Part shown: positions 8,552 through 8,630 of the stretch, piece by piece
Layout of the letters: every line of letters begins with the position of its first letter
Position numbering within the stretch: position 1 is the stretch's first letter
NCBI GenBank assembly: GCA_018985225.1
Contig: JADGIF010000434.1
Coordinates: forward strand, 1-8,630
Reading direction: 5' to 3'
Source: Amoeboradix gromovi X-113
Lineage: Eukaryota > Fungi > Sanchytriomycota
Length of the DNA: 8,630 bases
Notes under the pieces: generated by a model
The model's database searches: none
The model's input: only the letters and a program-made list of their open reading frames with translations
What the model was told of the DNA's origin: nothing
Position numbers and translations under genes: made by a program

Positions 8552-8630
8552 GTGCAACAAGTACTTGTTTGTAATGCTGAAGCTTGGGAGTTACAGTACA
8601 AGATAGATCGCTAAAGCTCGCATGTGGAAG

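Overview
AT-rich, very compact eukaryotic nuclear DNA, most consistent with a fungus or fungus-relative; the taxon is inference only. It uses the standard genetic code. Three elements are present. (1) A + strand gene for a single-pass membrane glycoprotein with beta-propeller-like repeats, a PSI-like cysteine domain, one TM helix and an attractin/MEGF8-like tail. The ORF track shows it as two ORFs (474..1802 and 1750..2688), but a 19-nt GT...CTAAC..AG intron at 1795..1813 joins them exactly in frame. (2) An intronless gene for the largest subunit of RNA polymerase I (RPA1/RPA190, 2699..7372, - strand), converging on the first gene with only 10 bp between the stop codons. (3) Head-to-head with RPA1, a stop- and frameshift-riddled relic (about 7644..8551, possibly running off the window) that resembles the N-terminal half of a Fanzor1/TnpB-family RNA-guided nuclease; the ORF track does not show it. 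Positions 1..512 could not be resolved.
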